A DNA stretch of 64,000 nucleotides from an uncultured Acidobacteriota bacterium (GTDB taxonomy: Bacteria; Acidobacteriota; Blastocatellia; RBC074). Positions 41,173-50,343 of this stretch are shown here, piece after piece. Position 1 is the first letter of the stretch; each line of letters begins with the position of its first letter. The position numbers were made by a program, and so were the translations under genes. The stretch is taken from contig CAWCKY010000002.1 of NCBI GenBank assembly GCA_963796275.1, positions 128,001 to 192,000 on the forward strand, in the 5' to 3' direction. Under the pieces are notes generated by a model that was given only the letters and a program-made list of their open reading frames with translations, searched no databases and was not told the origin of the DNA.

Positions 41173-44100
41173 ATGAGTATCAGAATCGCCGCAGTCCATC
41201 GGCTTGTCGCCGTTCTTTACGCACTCTGCCTACTCGCTTCGCTCGCATGGGCGCAATCCACCGGCGGCGCGCAGCTTTCCGGCACGGTGCTGGACGAAAG
41301 CGGCGGTGCCGTCGCGGGCGCGGAAGTCACGGTCACGCAAACCGCCACCGGGGGCTCGCGCACCGTCACGACCGATGCCGACGGGAGCTATACCTTCCCC
41401 AATCTGCCGGTCGGGCCCTATCAATTGCAGGTCAGGAAGCAGGGCTTCAGCGCTCACCTGCAAACTGGCATTGTTTTGCAGGTCAACGTCAACCCGACGA
41501 TCAATGCGACGCTCAAAGTCGGCGCGGTGACGGAACAGGTGCAGGTGACTTCGGATGCCGCGCTGGTCGAAACGCATAGCAACGGCGTAGGCCAGGTGAT
41601 TGATCAGCAGCGCGTTGTCGAATTGCCGCTCAACGGGCGGGTGGCGACCGAATTGATTTTCCTTTCGGGCCTGGCGACGGCGGCTCCGGTGGGGGATTTG
41701 AATACGAATAAAAACTATCCGACCGTCACCATCTCAGTCGCGGGCGGACTGGCGAACGGGATGACGTATGTGATGGACGGCGGCACGCATAACGACCCGT
41801 TCAATAACCTCAATCTGCCGATGCCCTTCCCTGACGCCTTGCAAGAATTCAAGGCCGAGACCAGCGCCCTGCCGGCGCGCTACGGCCATCATGCCGCGTC
41901 GACCGTCAACATCGTCACTAAATCGGGGACGAATAAATTTCATGGCGACTTGTTCGAGTTCGTGCGCAATTACAAATTCAACGCGCGGAACTTCTTTGCC
42001 GCGCAACGCGATAGTCTGAAACGCAATCAGTTCGGCGGGACGCTGGGCGGCCCGATCAGACAGAACAAGCTGTTTTTCTTCGGCGGCTATCAGGGGAAGA
42101 TAGAGAAATCGAATCCGGGCACGACCATCAGTTATGCGCCGACGGCGGCGATGCGCGCGGGTGATTTCACGGCATTCGCGTCGGCGGCCTGCAACGGCGG
42201 CGCGGCGCGCACGCTGGCTGCGCCCTTCGTCGACAACAGGCTCGATCAGTCGATGATCAATCAGCAGTCCTTGAACTTTTTGAACTACGTGCCCACGCCG
42301 ACCGACGCTTGCGGCAGGTTGCAATACGGCATTCTTGCCAACAACAACGAGCATCAGGCGATCGGCAAAATTGACTATTCGCTCAACGACAGGCACACGT
42401 TGTTCGGTCGTTACTTCTTTGCCGATTATGCCAGTCCCAATCCGTTTGACGGCGTGAACGTATTAGCCATGAGCCGCGTCGCCCAATTCAATCGTGCGCA
42501 TTCATTCGTGCTGGGCGATACCTATCTGCTCAGCGCAAACACGATCCTCTCGACGCGCGCGACGCTCAACCGCACGCGCAATCTTCGCGTAGTTGATCCG
42601 TACTTTTCGCCCGCCGATCTGGGTATTCAGGTCTACAGCCCGGTCACAGGTTTCACCGGCTTCACGGTCACTGGCAACGGATTTGCGATTGGCGCTGTCG
42701 CGACAAATCCCGGCTATTTCAATTCGACGAATTATCAGCTTGCCGAAGACGTTGATCTGATTCGTGGCTCGCATCAGATATCCCTGGGCGTAAATTTCAT
42801 TCACAACAACATCAACACCTCGAACAATCGACCGACCAATGGGCAATTTACTTTCAACGGCCAGGTGACGGGCTTGCCGATGGCGGATTTCATGGCGGGC
42901 ATTCTAAGCGGCGGGTTCTTGCAGGGCAATCCGATCTTTGACAACCAACGGCAGAATTACATCGGCGTTTACGTGCAGGATTCGTGGAAGCTGAATCCTC
43001 GGCTGACGATCAACGGAGGCGTACGCTGGGAGCCCTACCTGCCGATGGAACATCCATTCGGCTGGGTGAGCCACTTCGATCAGGCGGCTTTCGTCGCGGG
43101 CGCAAAGAGCGCGGTCTATAAAAACGCGCCAGCCGGATTGCGCTTCCCCGGCGACGCCGGCTATCCGGGGAAGTCGACAACATTCTCGCGCAAAGCGCAA
43201 TTTGCGCCGCGTCTGGGACTGGTCTTCGATCCGAAAGGCGACGGCAAGATGACGGTGCGCGCATCCTACGGCATTTTCTATGACAACCCGCATCTATTCT
43301 TCAACACGCGTTTTGCGAACAATCCGCCATGGGGCGCGCAGATCACACTCACTAATCCGGCGGGCGGTTTGACCAACCCCTATCAAACATACCCCGGCGG
43401 CAATCCTTTCCCCGGGCTGGCCAATATCTCCGCGGACAGCTTCTTCCCTTTGGCGGGGGTTTATGTCAACGCGCCGCTCGAGATCAAGCCGACTTACCTG
43501 CAGCAGTGGAATCTGAGCGTGCAGCGCCAGGTCGGCGAATGGCTTTTTGCGGGCACCTATCTCGGCAACAAATCCACGCACCTATGGACGGGACGCGAAG
43601 CGAACCCGGCGGTCTTCGGTGCGGGGGCGACGCTGGGCAATACCAATCAACGCCGCGTGCTTTCCCTGCTGAATCAAATGCAGGGGCAGTATTACGGCAC
43701 CATCGGACAGATTGATGACGGCGGCACGTCGAGTTACAACGGCATGCTGCTGTCGGCGCAGCGCCGCCTGGCGAACAGCTTCAGCGTGCTGGCGAATTAC
43801 ACTCTGTCGCATTGCATCAGCGATCCGGCGACGACCGAAATCACCGGCCCGACATACGTCAATCCCAACAATCGCCGCGCTGACCGGGCGAATTGCGATT
43901 CGGACCGGCGCCACGTCGTCAATCTTTCGTTTGTCGCGCGCACGCCGCGATTTGCTAATCGCGCGCTGAACCTGATCGCTTCGGGCTGGCAGCTTTCGGG
44001 CATCGTGCGCCGGCAAAGCGGGAACTATTCAACAGTCATGACCGGCGTGGACAACGCGCTCACAGGCGTCGTCGGCCAACGCGCTGTGCAGCTGCTGGCC

Positions 44101-44418
44101 GTTCCTTACGACGCGAGCCCGACAGTGGATCATTATTTGAATCGTGCGGCGTTCGGTTCACCCACGATGGGAACGTATAGCTCGCTCGGCGCATTCACGA
44201 TTGTGAATCCGAGCACCCTGCAGATTGATACGGGACTGTCGCGCACCTTCCGCGTGTTCGAAGGGCAAAGCATTCAGTTCCGTTGGGAACTCTTCAACGT
44301 CCCGAACCGGCTGAATGCGAATGCGCCGGTTACCGCACTGAACGATGCGAACTTCGGCAGGATTCTGAGCGCGCAAGACCCGCGTATTATGCAGTTTGCG
44401 CTGAAGTACGTGTTTTAG
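41173..44418 (+). CDS. TonB-dependent receptor, Oar/Acidobacteria type, with a carboxypeptidase-regulatory-like N-domain
   Basis: Signal peptide; GTVLDESGGAVAGAEVT; LPLNGR; KSGTNKFHGDLFEF; RNQFGGTLGGP; YVQDSWK; PRIMQFALKYVF end. Confidence 0.92.
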   Translation: MSIRIAAVHRLVAVLYALCLLASLAWAQSTGGAQLSGTVLDESGGAVAGAEVTVTQTATGGSRTVTTDADGSYTFPNLPVGPYQLQVRKQGFSAHLQTGIVLQVNVNPTINATLKVGAVTEQVQVTSDAALVETHSNGVGQVIDQQRVVELPLNGRVATELIFLSGLATAAPVGDLNTNKNYPTVTISVAGGLANGMTYVMDGGTHNDPFNNLNLPMPFPDALQEFKAETSALPARYGHHAASTVNIVTKSGTNKFHGDLFEFVRNYKFNARNFFAAQRDSLKRNQFGGTLGGPIRQNKLFFFGGYQGKIEKSNPGTTISYAPTAAMRAGDFTAFASAACNGGAARTLAAPFVDNRLDQSMINQQSLNFLNYVPTPTDACGRLQYGILANNNEHQAIGKIDYSLNDRHTLFGRYFFADYASPNPFDGVNVLAMSRVAQFNRAHSFVLGDTYLLSANTILSTRATLNRTRNLRVVDPYFSPADLGIQVYSPVTGFTGFTVTGNGFAIGAVATNPGYFNSTNYQLAEDVDLIRGSHQISLGVNFIHNNINTSNNRPTNGQFTFNGQVTGLPMADFMAGILSGGFLQGNPIFDNQRQNYIGVYVQDSWKLNPRLTINGGVRWEPYLPMEHPFGWVSHFDQAAFVAGAKSAVYKNAPAGLRFPGDAGYPGKSTTFSRKAQFAPRLGLVFDPKGDGKMTVRASYGIFYDNPHLFFNTRFANNPPWGAQITLTNPAGGLTNPYQTYPGGNPFPGLANISADSFFPLAGVYVNAPLEIKPTYLQQWNLSVQRQVGEWLFAGTYLGNKSTHLWTGREANPAVFGAGATLGNTNQRRVLSLLNQMQGQYYGTIGQIDDGGTSSYNGMLLSAQRRLANSFSVLANYTLSHCISDPATTEITGPTYVNPNNRRADRANCDSDRRHVVNLSFVARTPRFANRALNLIASGWQLSGIVRRQSGNYSTVMTGVDNALTGVVGQRAVQLLAVPYDASPTVDHYLNRAAFGSPTMGTYSSLGAFTIVNPSTLQIDTGLSRTFRVFEGQSIQFRWELFNVPNRLNANAPVTALNDANFGRILSAQDPRIMQFALKYVF

Positions 44419-44428
44419 TTCGCACCGC

Positions 44429-44511
44429 ATCAGTATCGCGAGCAGTGGCGAGCGTGGCTCCTGCAAAAGGCTACTAACGGAAGCCACGTTCGCCGAGCTC
44501 GCGGTACTGAT
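44429..44511. repeat. REP-like inverted repeat
   Basis: ATCAGTATCGCGAGCAGTGGCGAGCGTGGCT ... AGCCACGTTCGCCGAGCTCGCGGTACTGAT between the receptor gene and the next gene. Confidence 0.75.
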
Positions 44512-44531
44512 TCACTGCTTCATTCAAACCT

Positions 44532-45419
44532 ATGTCGACTCAACACAACCGCGAAGCCATTGCCGACGCCACCAACCCGTTGGGGCTGGACGGCATCGAG
44601 TACATCGAATATGCGACCAGCAAGCCGCAGGCCCTGGGGCAGGTTCTGGAGATGATGGGCTTTCGTCCGATCGCGCAGCATCGTTCCCGCGAAGTAATGC
44701 TTTATCGGCAAGGCCGGATGAACGTCATAGTCAACGCCCATGTAAGCGCCTTGCCGCGTGCCGTGCAGCCGGTTGAAACACCTGCGATTTCGGCGCTGGC
44801 CTTGCGCGTGCGTTCGGCAGCGGCGGCCTATCATCACGTCATTGAAAAAGGCGCATGGGCCGCGCCGACGCACGTGGAAGTGATGGAATTGAACATCCCC
44901 GCGATTCACGGAGCAGGCAACAGCCGCATCTATTTTGTTGATCGTTACCACGATTTTTCAATCTACGACGTTGATTTCACACTGATCCCGACCGTCGATC
45001 CGCATCCGACTGCGCTTGCGGGAATGCATTTGTTCGGCATCGTGCAATACATCGGTACGGAGCGAATGGAAGATTGGACGGAGTTTTATACGATGCTCTT
45101 TGCTTTCCAACTATTGCCGGACAACGAACGCTTCGGCATTCTGCACCAAGGCCGAGTCCTGCGCAGTCCCTGCGGTTCGTTTTACCTGCAACTGATCGGC
45201 CCCGATTCTGATATCGGCAACGTGGAGGGGGACGAATTACTGCAGCGGGTCGGCTTCGGCGTGCCCGACGTGCCCGACGCCATCGCCGCCTTGCGCGCGC
45301 GCGGCATCAGCTTCGTCTCCGCCAGCGACCACCAGACAAACGCACACGGCGCGTTGACTCAAAGTTATCTGGGCGGCTTGATGTTCGAGATTGTTCACGA
45401 CGAGCGTAACGGCATATGA
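44532..45419 (+). CDS. HppD-like (VOC) protein lacking the metal-binding histidines
   Basis: NPLGLDGIEYIEY, HRSREVMLYRQG, MELNIPAIHGAGNSRIYFVDR. The usual DH and IQHIA sites read FGIVQY and LQRVG. Confidence 0.8.
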   Translation: MSTQHNREAIADATNPLGLDGIEYIEYATSKPQALGQVLEMMGFRPIAQHRSREVMLYRQGRMNVIVNAHVSALPRAVQPVETPAISALALRVRSAAAAYHHVIEKGAWAAPTHVEVMELNIPAIHGAGNSRIYFVDRYHDFSIYDVDFTLIPTVDPHPTALAGMHLFGIVQYIGTERMEDWTEFYTMLFAFQLLPDNERFGILHQGRVLRSPCGSFYLQLIGPDSDIGNVEGDELLQRVGFGVPDVPDAIAALRARGISFVSASDHQTNAHGALTQSYLGGLMFEIVHDERNGI

Positions 45420-46327
45420 AACAGTTCAGCAGCAGCATCGACGATTTTGGGATGGATACAATTACGCTCACCGGGCCATTGCCCGCCAAGTTACAGGCTG
45501 TGCGCGCTGCCGGGTTCTCCCAAATCATGTTGCTGGCGCGCGATATTGTGGGCCACGATGCGGGCGTCGAAGCGGCTATCCGCGCCGTGCGCGAAAGCGG
45601 TTTGCGCGTGACGGGCTTTCAGGTGCTGCGCGATTTTGAAGGGCTGTCCGGCCACTTGCACGAATACAAAATTGATGTAGCGAAATCCATGCTGGAAATG
45701 TGCGGGGCGCTCGGCGCGCGCGTGTTGCTGGTCTGTTCATCGATTTCGACCCACGCGACGGACGACCGAGATGCGCTCGCGCGCGATTTGCGCAAGCTGG
45801 CGATGCTGGCCGTGCCGCTCGGCATCAGGATCGCTTACGAAGGATTGTCGTGGGGGCGCACGATCAACGAATTTCATGACGCCTGGGATATCGTTTGCCG
45901 CGCAAACGCGCCGAATCTCGGCATTGGGATTGATTCGTTTCACATCTTCGCCACGAAAACGCCGCTCGATAAGCTGGATGCGCTCGACCCGAAAAAGATT
46001 TTCCTCGTGCAGTTGGCCGATTTTATGTGGAACGAAATTCGTTCGGTCGAGGAGCGCATCACCACGGCGCGCCACTTCCGCGTCTTTCCCGGCGAAGGCG
46101 TGCATAGCGATCAAGTTGCCGAGTTAGTGATGCGTCTTGACAAACTGGGCTATCGCGGCGATTACAGCTTCGAGGTCTTCAACGACGATTACCAGCAAAT
46201 GCCGATGGACCGCGTCTGCGCGCGCGCCTTCCGCGCGGCGGAATGGTTGGGTGAAGATGTGCTGCGACGCTCCGTGCCGCTGCCCAATCGCATGCGGCTC
46301 AAATCCAGTGAACCGTTATCCCCTTAA
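45416..46327 (+). CDS. 3-dehydroshikimate dehydratase-like TIM barrel (QuiC1/QsuB N-domain, AP endonuclease 2 fold)
   Basis: FQVLRDFEG, YEGLSWG, DSFH, VQLAD, RHFRVFPGEG, FEVFND. ATGA overlap with the HppD-like gene. Confidence 0.8.
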   Translation: MKQFSSSIDDFGMDTITLTGPLPAKLQAVRAAGFSQIMLLARDIVGHDAGVEAAIRAVRESGLRVTGFQVLRDFEGLSGHLHEYKIDVAKSMLEMCGALGARVLLVCSSISTHATDDRDALARDLRKLAMLAVPLGIRIAYEGLSWGRTINEFHDAWDIVCRANAPNLGIGIDSFHIFATKTPLDKLDALDPKKIFLVQLADFMWNEIRSVEERITTARHFRVFPGEGVHSDQVAELVMRLDKLGYRGDYSFEVFNDDYQQMPMDRVCARAFRAAEWLGEDVLRRSVPLPNRMRLKSSEPLSP

Positions 46328-46473
46328 AGAAAGAAGGCAAAGGAGTCAAAACCTAGCTGCTCATTGTTCCTGACGTCGGGGGCAAGGTTACCCGAAGCTA
46401 CTCACGCCGATACTGATCAGGCGCTCAAGAAAACGCTCGAATTCATCGAGGCCATTGAGGGAGGGATGGCGAA

Positions 46474-48390
46474 ATGAAACGACGGCTTTTATTGTTGGTT
46501 ATTGCTATCGGCTTGTTGCTCCCGTCCGTGCGGGGACAGAAGAGAACGGCAACCGACTGGCCGACTTTCGGCAATGATCACGGCGGACAGCGTTACGCTC
46601 CGCTAACGCAGATCAACGCCGACAACGTAACGAAGCTCGTGCGCGCGTGGACATATCACATGAAACCCGCCGGCGCCGCGCCGCCCATCGCCGAAAGCCG
46701 CCCATCCGCGCGCGGCCCGCGTCGCCGCGGCAATCCAGAATCGCAAGCCGTGCCGCTAGTGGTCAACGGTGTGATGTATCTGACGACGGCTTATCGCCGC
46801 GTCGTCGCGCTCGAACCCGAAACGGGCAAGTGCCTGTGGGAATACATGCTCAAGAGCGGCTCGCCTGCCACGCGAGGTTTGGAGTACTGGGCGGGGGATG
46901 CGCAAACGCCGCCGCGCTTGTTCTTCGGCACGTCCAACGGCGAACTGATCGCACTCGATGCCAGGACGGGACAGCCTGCGACGAGCTTCGGCGCGGGCGG
47001 CATCGTGGATATGAAAATCGGGGTGATGAATGGTTACGATCAGATTCCTTATGGTCTGTCGTCGCCGCCGATTATGTACAAAAGCCTCGTGATCACGGGC
47101 GCGCATACACAGGAGTCACCGATGCTGGGTTCTTCGGGCGACGTGCGCGCTTGGGATGCGCGGACGGGCAAGCTGGTCTGGACGTTTCACACAGTGCCGC
47201 GTCCAGGCGAAGCGGGGCACGGGACATGGGAAGGCGACAGTTGGAAAGACCGTTCCGGCGCGAATGTCTGGAGTATGATGACCGTTGACGTAGCGCGCGG
47301 CCTGGTTTTTCTGCCGCTCGGTTCGCCGACATACGATTATTACGGCGGCGACCGCAAAGGCGCGAACCTTTACGGCGACACGCTGGTTGCGCTCGATGCC
47401 AACACCGGCCAAATGAAATGGCATTTCCAAGCCGTGCATCATGACTTGTGGGATTATGATCTTTGCACGCCGCCAACTTTGTTTGATGCCACGGTCAAAG
47501 GCCGAAAGATTCCGGCTGTGGCGGTGATGTCGAAAATGGGTCTGCTCTTCATTCTGGATCGCAGCGACGGCAATCCGATTTATGGCATCGAGGAAAGACC
47601 GATTCCAAAAACTGACGTGCCTGGCGAAGCGAGCTGGCCCACGCAACCCTTTCCGCTCAAGCCAGCGGCGCTCGCGCGCAACAGCTTCAAGCGCGAAGAA
47701 CTCGCCAATCTGACGCCTGAACACCGCAAATATTGCGAAGCAATGTTCGACCGCGACGGGGGCATGCACAACGAAGGGCCGTACACGCATTACACTACCA
47801 AACCTTCGGTCGTCTTCCCCGGCACGCTCGGCGGCGGCAATTGGAATCCGATGTCGTTCGATCCGAAGCTGGGCTACCTGTTCATCAACACACAGGATTT
47901 GGGCGGCATCGGACAGATGCAGCGGAATCTTGAAGGTGGGCGCACGCCGTGGTCACGCACGAGTCCGCTGGGGCCGGCCGGCCGATTCTGGAATCCCGAT
48001 ACGCGCTGGCCTTGCCAGCAACCGCCCTGGGGCAGATTGTTCGCGGTCAATGTCAATACCGGCGAAATCGTCTGGCAAGCCGTGTTGGGAATTACGGAAG
48101 GATTGCCTGAGGACCAGCAAAAAACCGGCAGGCCGAATATCGGCGGCTCGCTCGCCACGGCCAGCGGATTGGTCTTCATCGGTGCGACCGATGACAGCCG
48201 CTTCCGTGCCTTCGACGCCAAGACCGGGAAGGAATTATGGGTGACGAAAATTGACGCGGGCGCGCATTCCGCGCCGATCACATACTATGGTAGAGACGGC
48301 AAGCAATACGTGGTGATTACGGCAACCGGTGGCGGCTTCATCGCAGACCCTTCAAGCGCCGACACGGTGATTGCGTTTGCCTTGCCGTAA
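46474..48390 (+). CDS. Secreted PQQ-dependent dehydrogenase (glucose/quinate/shikimate family), no N-terminal membrane anchor
   Basis: Signal peptide; RYAPLTQINADNV; GANVWSMMTVD; YYGGDRKGANLY; HHDLWDYD; FPGTLGGGNW; PCQQPPWG; GKQYVVI. Confidence 0.88.
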   Translation: MKRRLLLLVIAIGLLLPSVRGQKRTATDWPTFGNDHGGQRYAPLTQINADNVTKLVRAWTYHMKPAGAAPPIAESRPSARGPRRRGNPESQAVPLVVNGVMYLTTAYRRVVALEPETGKCLWEYMLKSGSPATRGLEYWAGDAQTPPRLFFGTSNGELIALDARTGQPATSFGAGGIVDMKIGVMNGYDQIPYGLSSPPIMYKSLVITGAHTQESPMLGSSGDVRAWDARTGKLVWTFHTVPRPGEAGHGTWEGDSWKDRSGANVWSMMTVDVARGLVFLPLGSPTYDYYGGDRKGANLYGDTLVALDANTGQMKWHFQAVHHDLWDYDLCTPPTLFDATVKGRKIPAVAVMSKMGLLFILDRSDGNPIYGIEERPIPKTDVPGEASWPTQPFPLKPAALARNSFKREELANLTPEHRKYCEAMFDRDGGMHNEGPYTHYTTKPSVVFPGTLGGGNWNPMSFDPKLGYLFINTQDLGGIGQMQRNLEGGRTPWSRTSPLGPAGRFWNPDTRWPCQQPPWGRLFAVNVNTGEIVWQAVLGITEGLPEDQQKTGRPNIGGSLATASGLVFIGATDDSRFRAFDAKTGKELWVTKIDAGAHSAPITYYGRDGKQYVVITATGGGFIADPSSADTVIAFALP

Positions 48391-48413
48391 CCTCTGACTT
48401 TCAAAGACCCATT

Positions 48414-48989
48414 ATGAACTCTATCAGAATTCTTCTGCTCGCGGCGTTACTCGGCATGCCGATGCTCGCTTCCGATGTTCAATCAAAGATGCAAAACAAC
48501 CAAAATGCGCGGTTGAAAATCCTGGTCGTTCACGGCCCGAATCTGAACCTGCTCGGAAGGCGCGAGCCGAATATTTACGGCGTGACGACGCTACCGCAAA
48601 TCAACGAGCAGTTGCAGAAACTGGCGGCGGAACTGAATGTCGAGCTGATCATCGTGCAATCCAATCACGAAGGCGTCATCGTGGACACGTTCCAACAACA
48701 CATTGATGATGTGGCCGGCGCGATTATCAACCCGGCAGGGCTGAGCTTTCACAGTGTTGCATTGCACGACGTCATCAAAGCGGTGCCGTTTCCAGTGATC
48801 GAAACGCACATCTCTAACCTCGGCACGCGTGATGCGATCCACCAGGGTTCGATCATCACGCCCGCGGCGCGGGCTTCGATTATGGGGCTGGGCTGGCGAT
48901 CTTACACGGCGGGCTTGCGCGCGCTGGTCGAGCTTGTACGCGAAGAAAAAAACGCCAAGGAAGTGGGAAAAGAAGGGAGTAAGAAGTGA
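48414..48989 (+). CDS. aroQ: Type II 3-dehydroquinate dehydratase with an N-terminal signal peptide
   Basis: HGPNLNLLGRREPNIYG, QSNHEG, IINPAG, ETHISN, preceded by MNSIRILLLAALLGMPMLA. Confidence 0.9.
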   Translation: MNSIRILLLAALLGMPMLASDVQSKMQNNQNARLKILVVHGPNLNLLGRREPNIYGVTTLPQINEQLQKLAAELNVELIIVQSNHEGVIVDTFQQHIDDVAGAIINPAGLSFHSVALHDVIKAVPFPVIETHISNLGTRDAIHQGSIITPAARASIMGLGWRSYTAGLRALVELVREEKNAKEVGKEGSKK

Positions 48990-49846
48990 TGCGTTACCTG
49001 ATTTGTCTGTTTGCGATTGTTTTACTGTTCAGCCTGTCGCCGGCGCAATCGGCCCAACAAGCTCCGCCGCAACGTCGGCCACAGCCGCGTCCTACGCGCA
49101 AACAGGTGTTGGCGTGGGGCGATGTGCGTTACGGCTTCCAACACGATTCCGTCTCGCACGCGATGGCTACGATTGAACGTCTGGGCCGCGAATCGGGTAT
49201 GTACGATACGTACATCCGCACCGATTCGCAGCTCATCACGAAACAGCCGATTATAACGGGTGGCCGTCCCAGCAATGCCAAAAATCTGAATTACTTCGAC
49301 GCTATCTTCTTTTTCGGGCTGCGCGAAATTGAGCTGAGCGCCCAGCAAAAGGTCGACCTGATGACTTTCATCAAAGAGGACGGCAAGGGATTCGTCGGCG
49401 CGCACACGGCGACGACCGCGTTTTTCTCGTGGCCGGAGTTCGGCGAAATGATCGGCGCGCGCTTTGACGAACATCCCTGGAATGTCATTGACGGAAGCGT
49501 CGTGATTGACGACCCGCTGTTTCCCGCCATGAAGCATTTCCCCGGCGTTTCGGTCATCAAGGACGAGCATTACCAGCACAAGGATTTTGCGCGCGATAAA
49601 ATCCGCGTGCTGGCGCATCTGGATGTGAGCAATTTGGATATGAAAAATCCTCGCGTCCATCGAACCGACGGCGACTATCCCGTCGCCTGGTCGAAGATGC
49701 ACGGCAAAGGCCGCGTCTTTTACGCCACGCTCGGACACGCGCCGGAAAGCTGGGACAACCCGCAAATCCAGAAAATGTATTTCGAGGCGCTCAAATGGGC
49801 CATGGGCTTGAGCGAAGGTGAGACCACACCGCTCCCGGGAAAGTGA
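48986..49846 (+). CDS. Secreted ThuA-like (class I glutamine amidotransferase-like fold) protein
   Basis: Signal peptide; FQHDS; GKGFVGAHTA; FDEHPW; DEHY; GKGRVFYATLGH. Confidence 0.85.
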   Translation: MMRYLICLFAIVLLFSLSPAQSAQQAPPQRRPQPRPTRKQVLAWGDVRYGFQHDSVSHAMATIERLGRESGMYDTYIRTDSQLITKQPIITGGRPSNAKNLNYFDAIFFFGLREIELSAQQKVDLMTFIKEDGKGFVGAHTATTAFFSWPEFGEMIGARFDEHPWNVIDGSVVIDDPLFPAMKHFPGVSVIKDEHYQHKDFARDKIRVLAHLDVSNLDMKNPRVHRTDGDYPVAWSKMHGKGRVFYATLGHAPESWDNPQIQKMYFEALKWAMGLSEGETTPLPGK

Positions 49847-50334
49847 TGCGTAAGGTCATCAAAATTGCCTTAGCGGCAATCGCCATCTCCGTCGGAATTC
49901 TGGCGCAAACGCCCGAAACGCCGAAGCAGCCGCTACCATTCAGCCACAAGCTGCACGTCGCGCAGGGGCTGAATTGCCAAACCTGCCACGTCAATCCCGA
50001 CCCCGGCGAACAGATGGCCTTTCCGGCGACGGCCGAATGCATGACCTGTCACGCCGAGATCGCCACGGACAAAGCCGCGATCCAGGAACTCGCCAAATAT
50101 CATCAGGACAAAGCCGCTATCCCGTGGGTGCGGATTTATCAAAACCCCGACTGGGTCTGGTTCAGTCACCGCGTACATTTGGAGGCGGGTGCGAAATGTG
50201 AGCGCTGTCACGGCGCGGTCGCCGAGCGCGACGCGCTCTGGAAAGAGAAGCCACTCACGATGGAAAGCTGCATGAATTGCCACCGCGAAACCAACGCCAG
50301 CAACGCATGCAATTATTGCCATCAAGCGCATTGA
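49843..50334 (+). CDS. Pentaheme cytochrome c (c3/ActA/QrcA-like)
   Basis: Signal peptide; five CxxCH motifs (CQTCH, CMTCH, CERCH, CMNCH, CNYCH); PFSHKLH and FSHRVH distal ligands. Confidence 0.9.
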   Translation: MMRKVIKIALAAIAISVGILAQTPETPKQPLPFSHKLHVAQGLNCQTCHVNPDPGEQMAFPATAECMTCHAEIATDKAAIQELAKYHQDKAAIPWVRIYQNPDWVWFSHRVHLEAGAKCERCHGAVAERDALWKEKPLTMESCMNCHRETNASNACNYCHQAH

Positions 50335-50343
50335 AGTCGTGGT

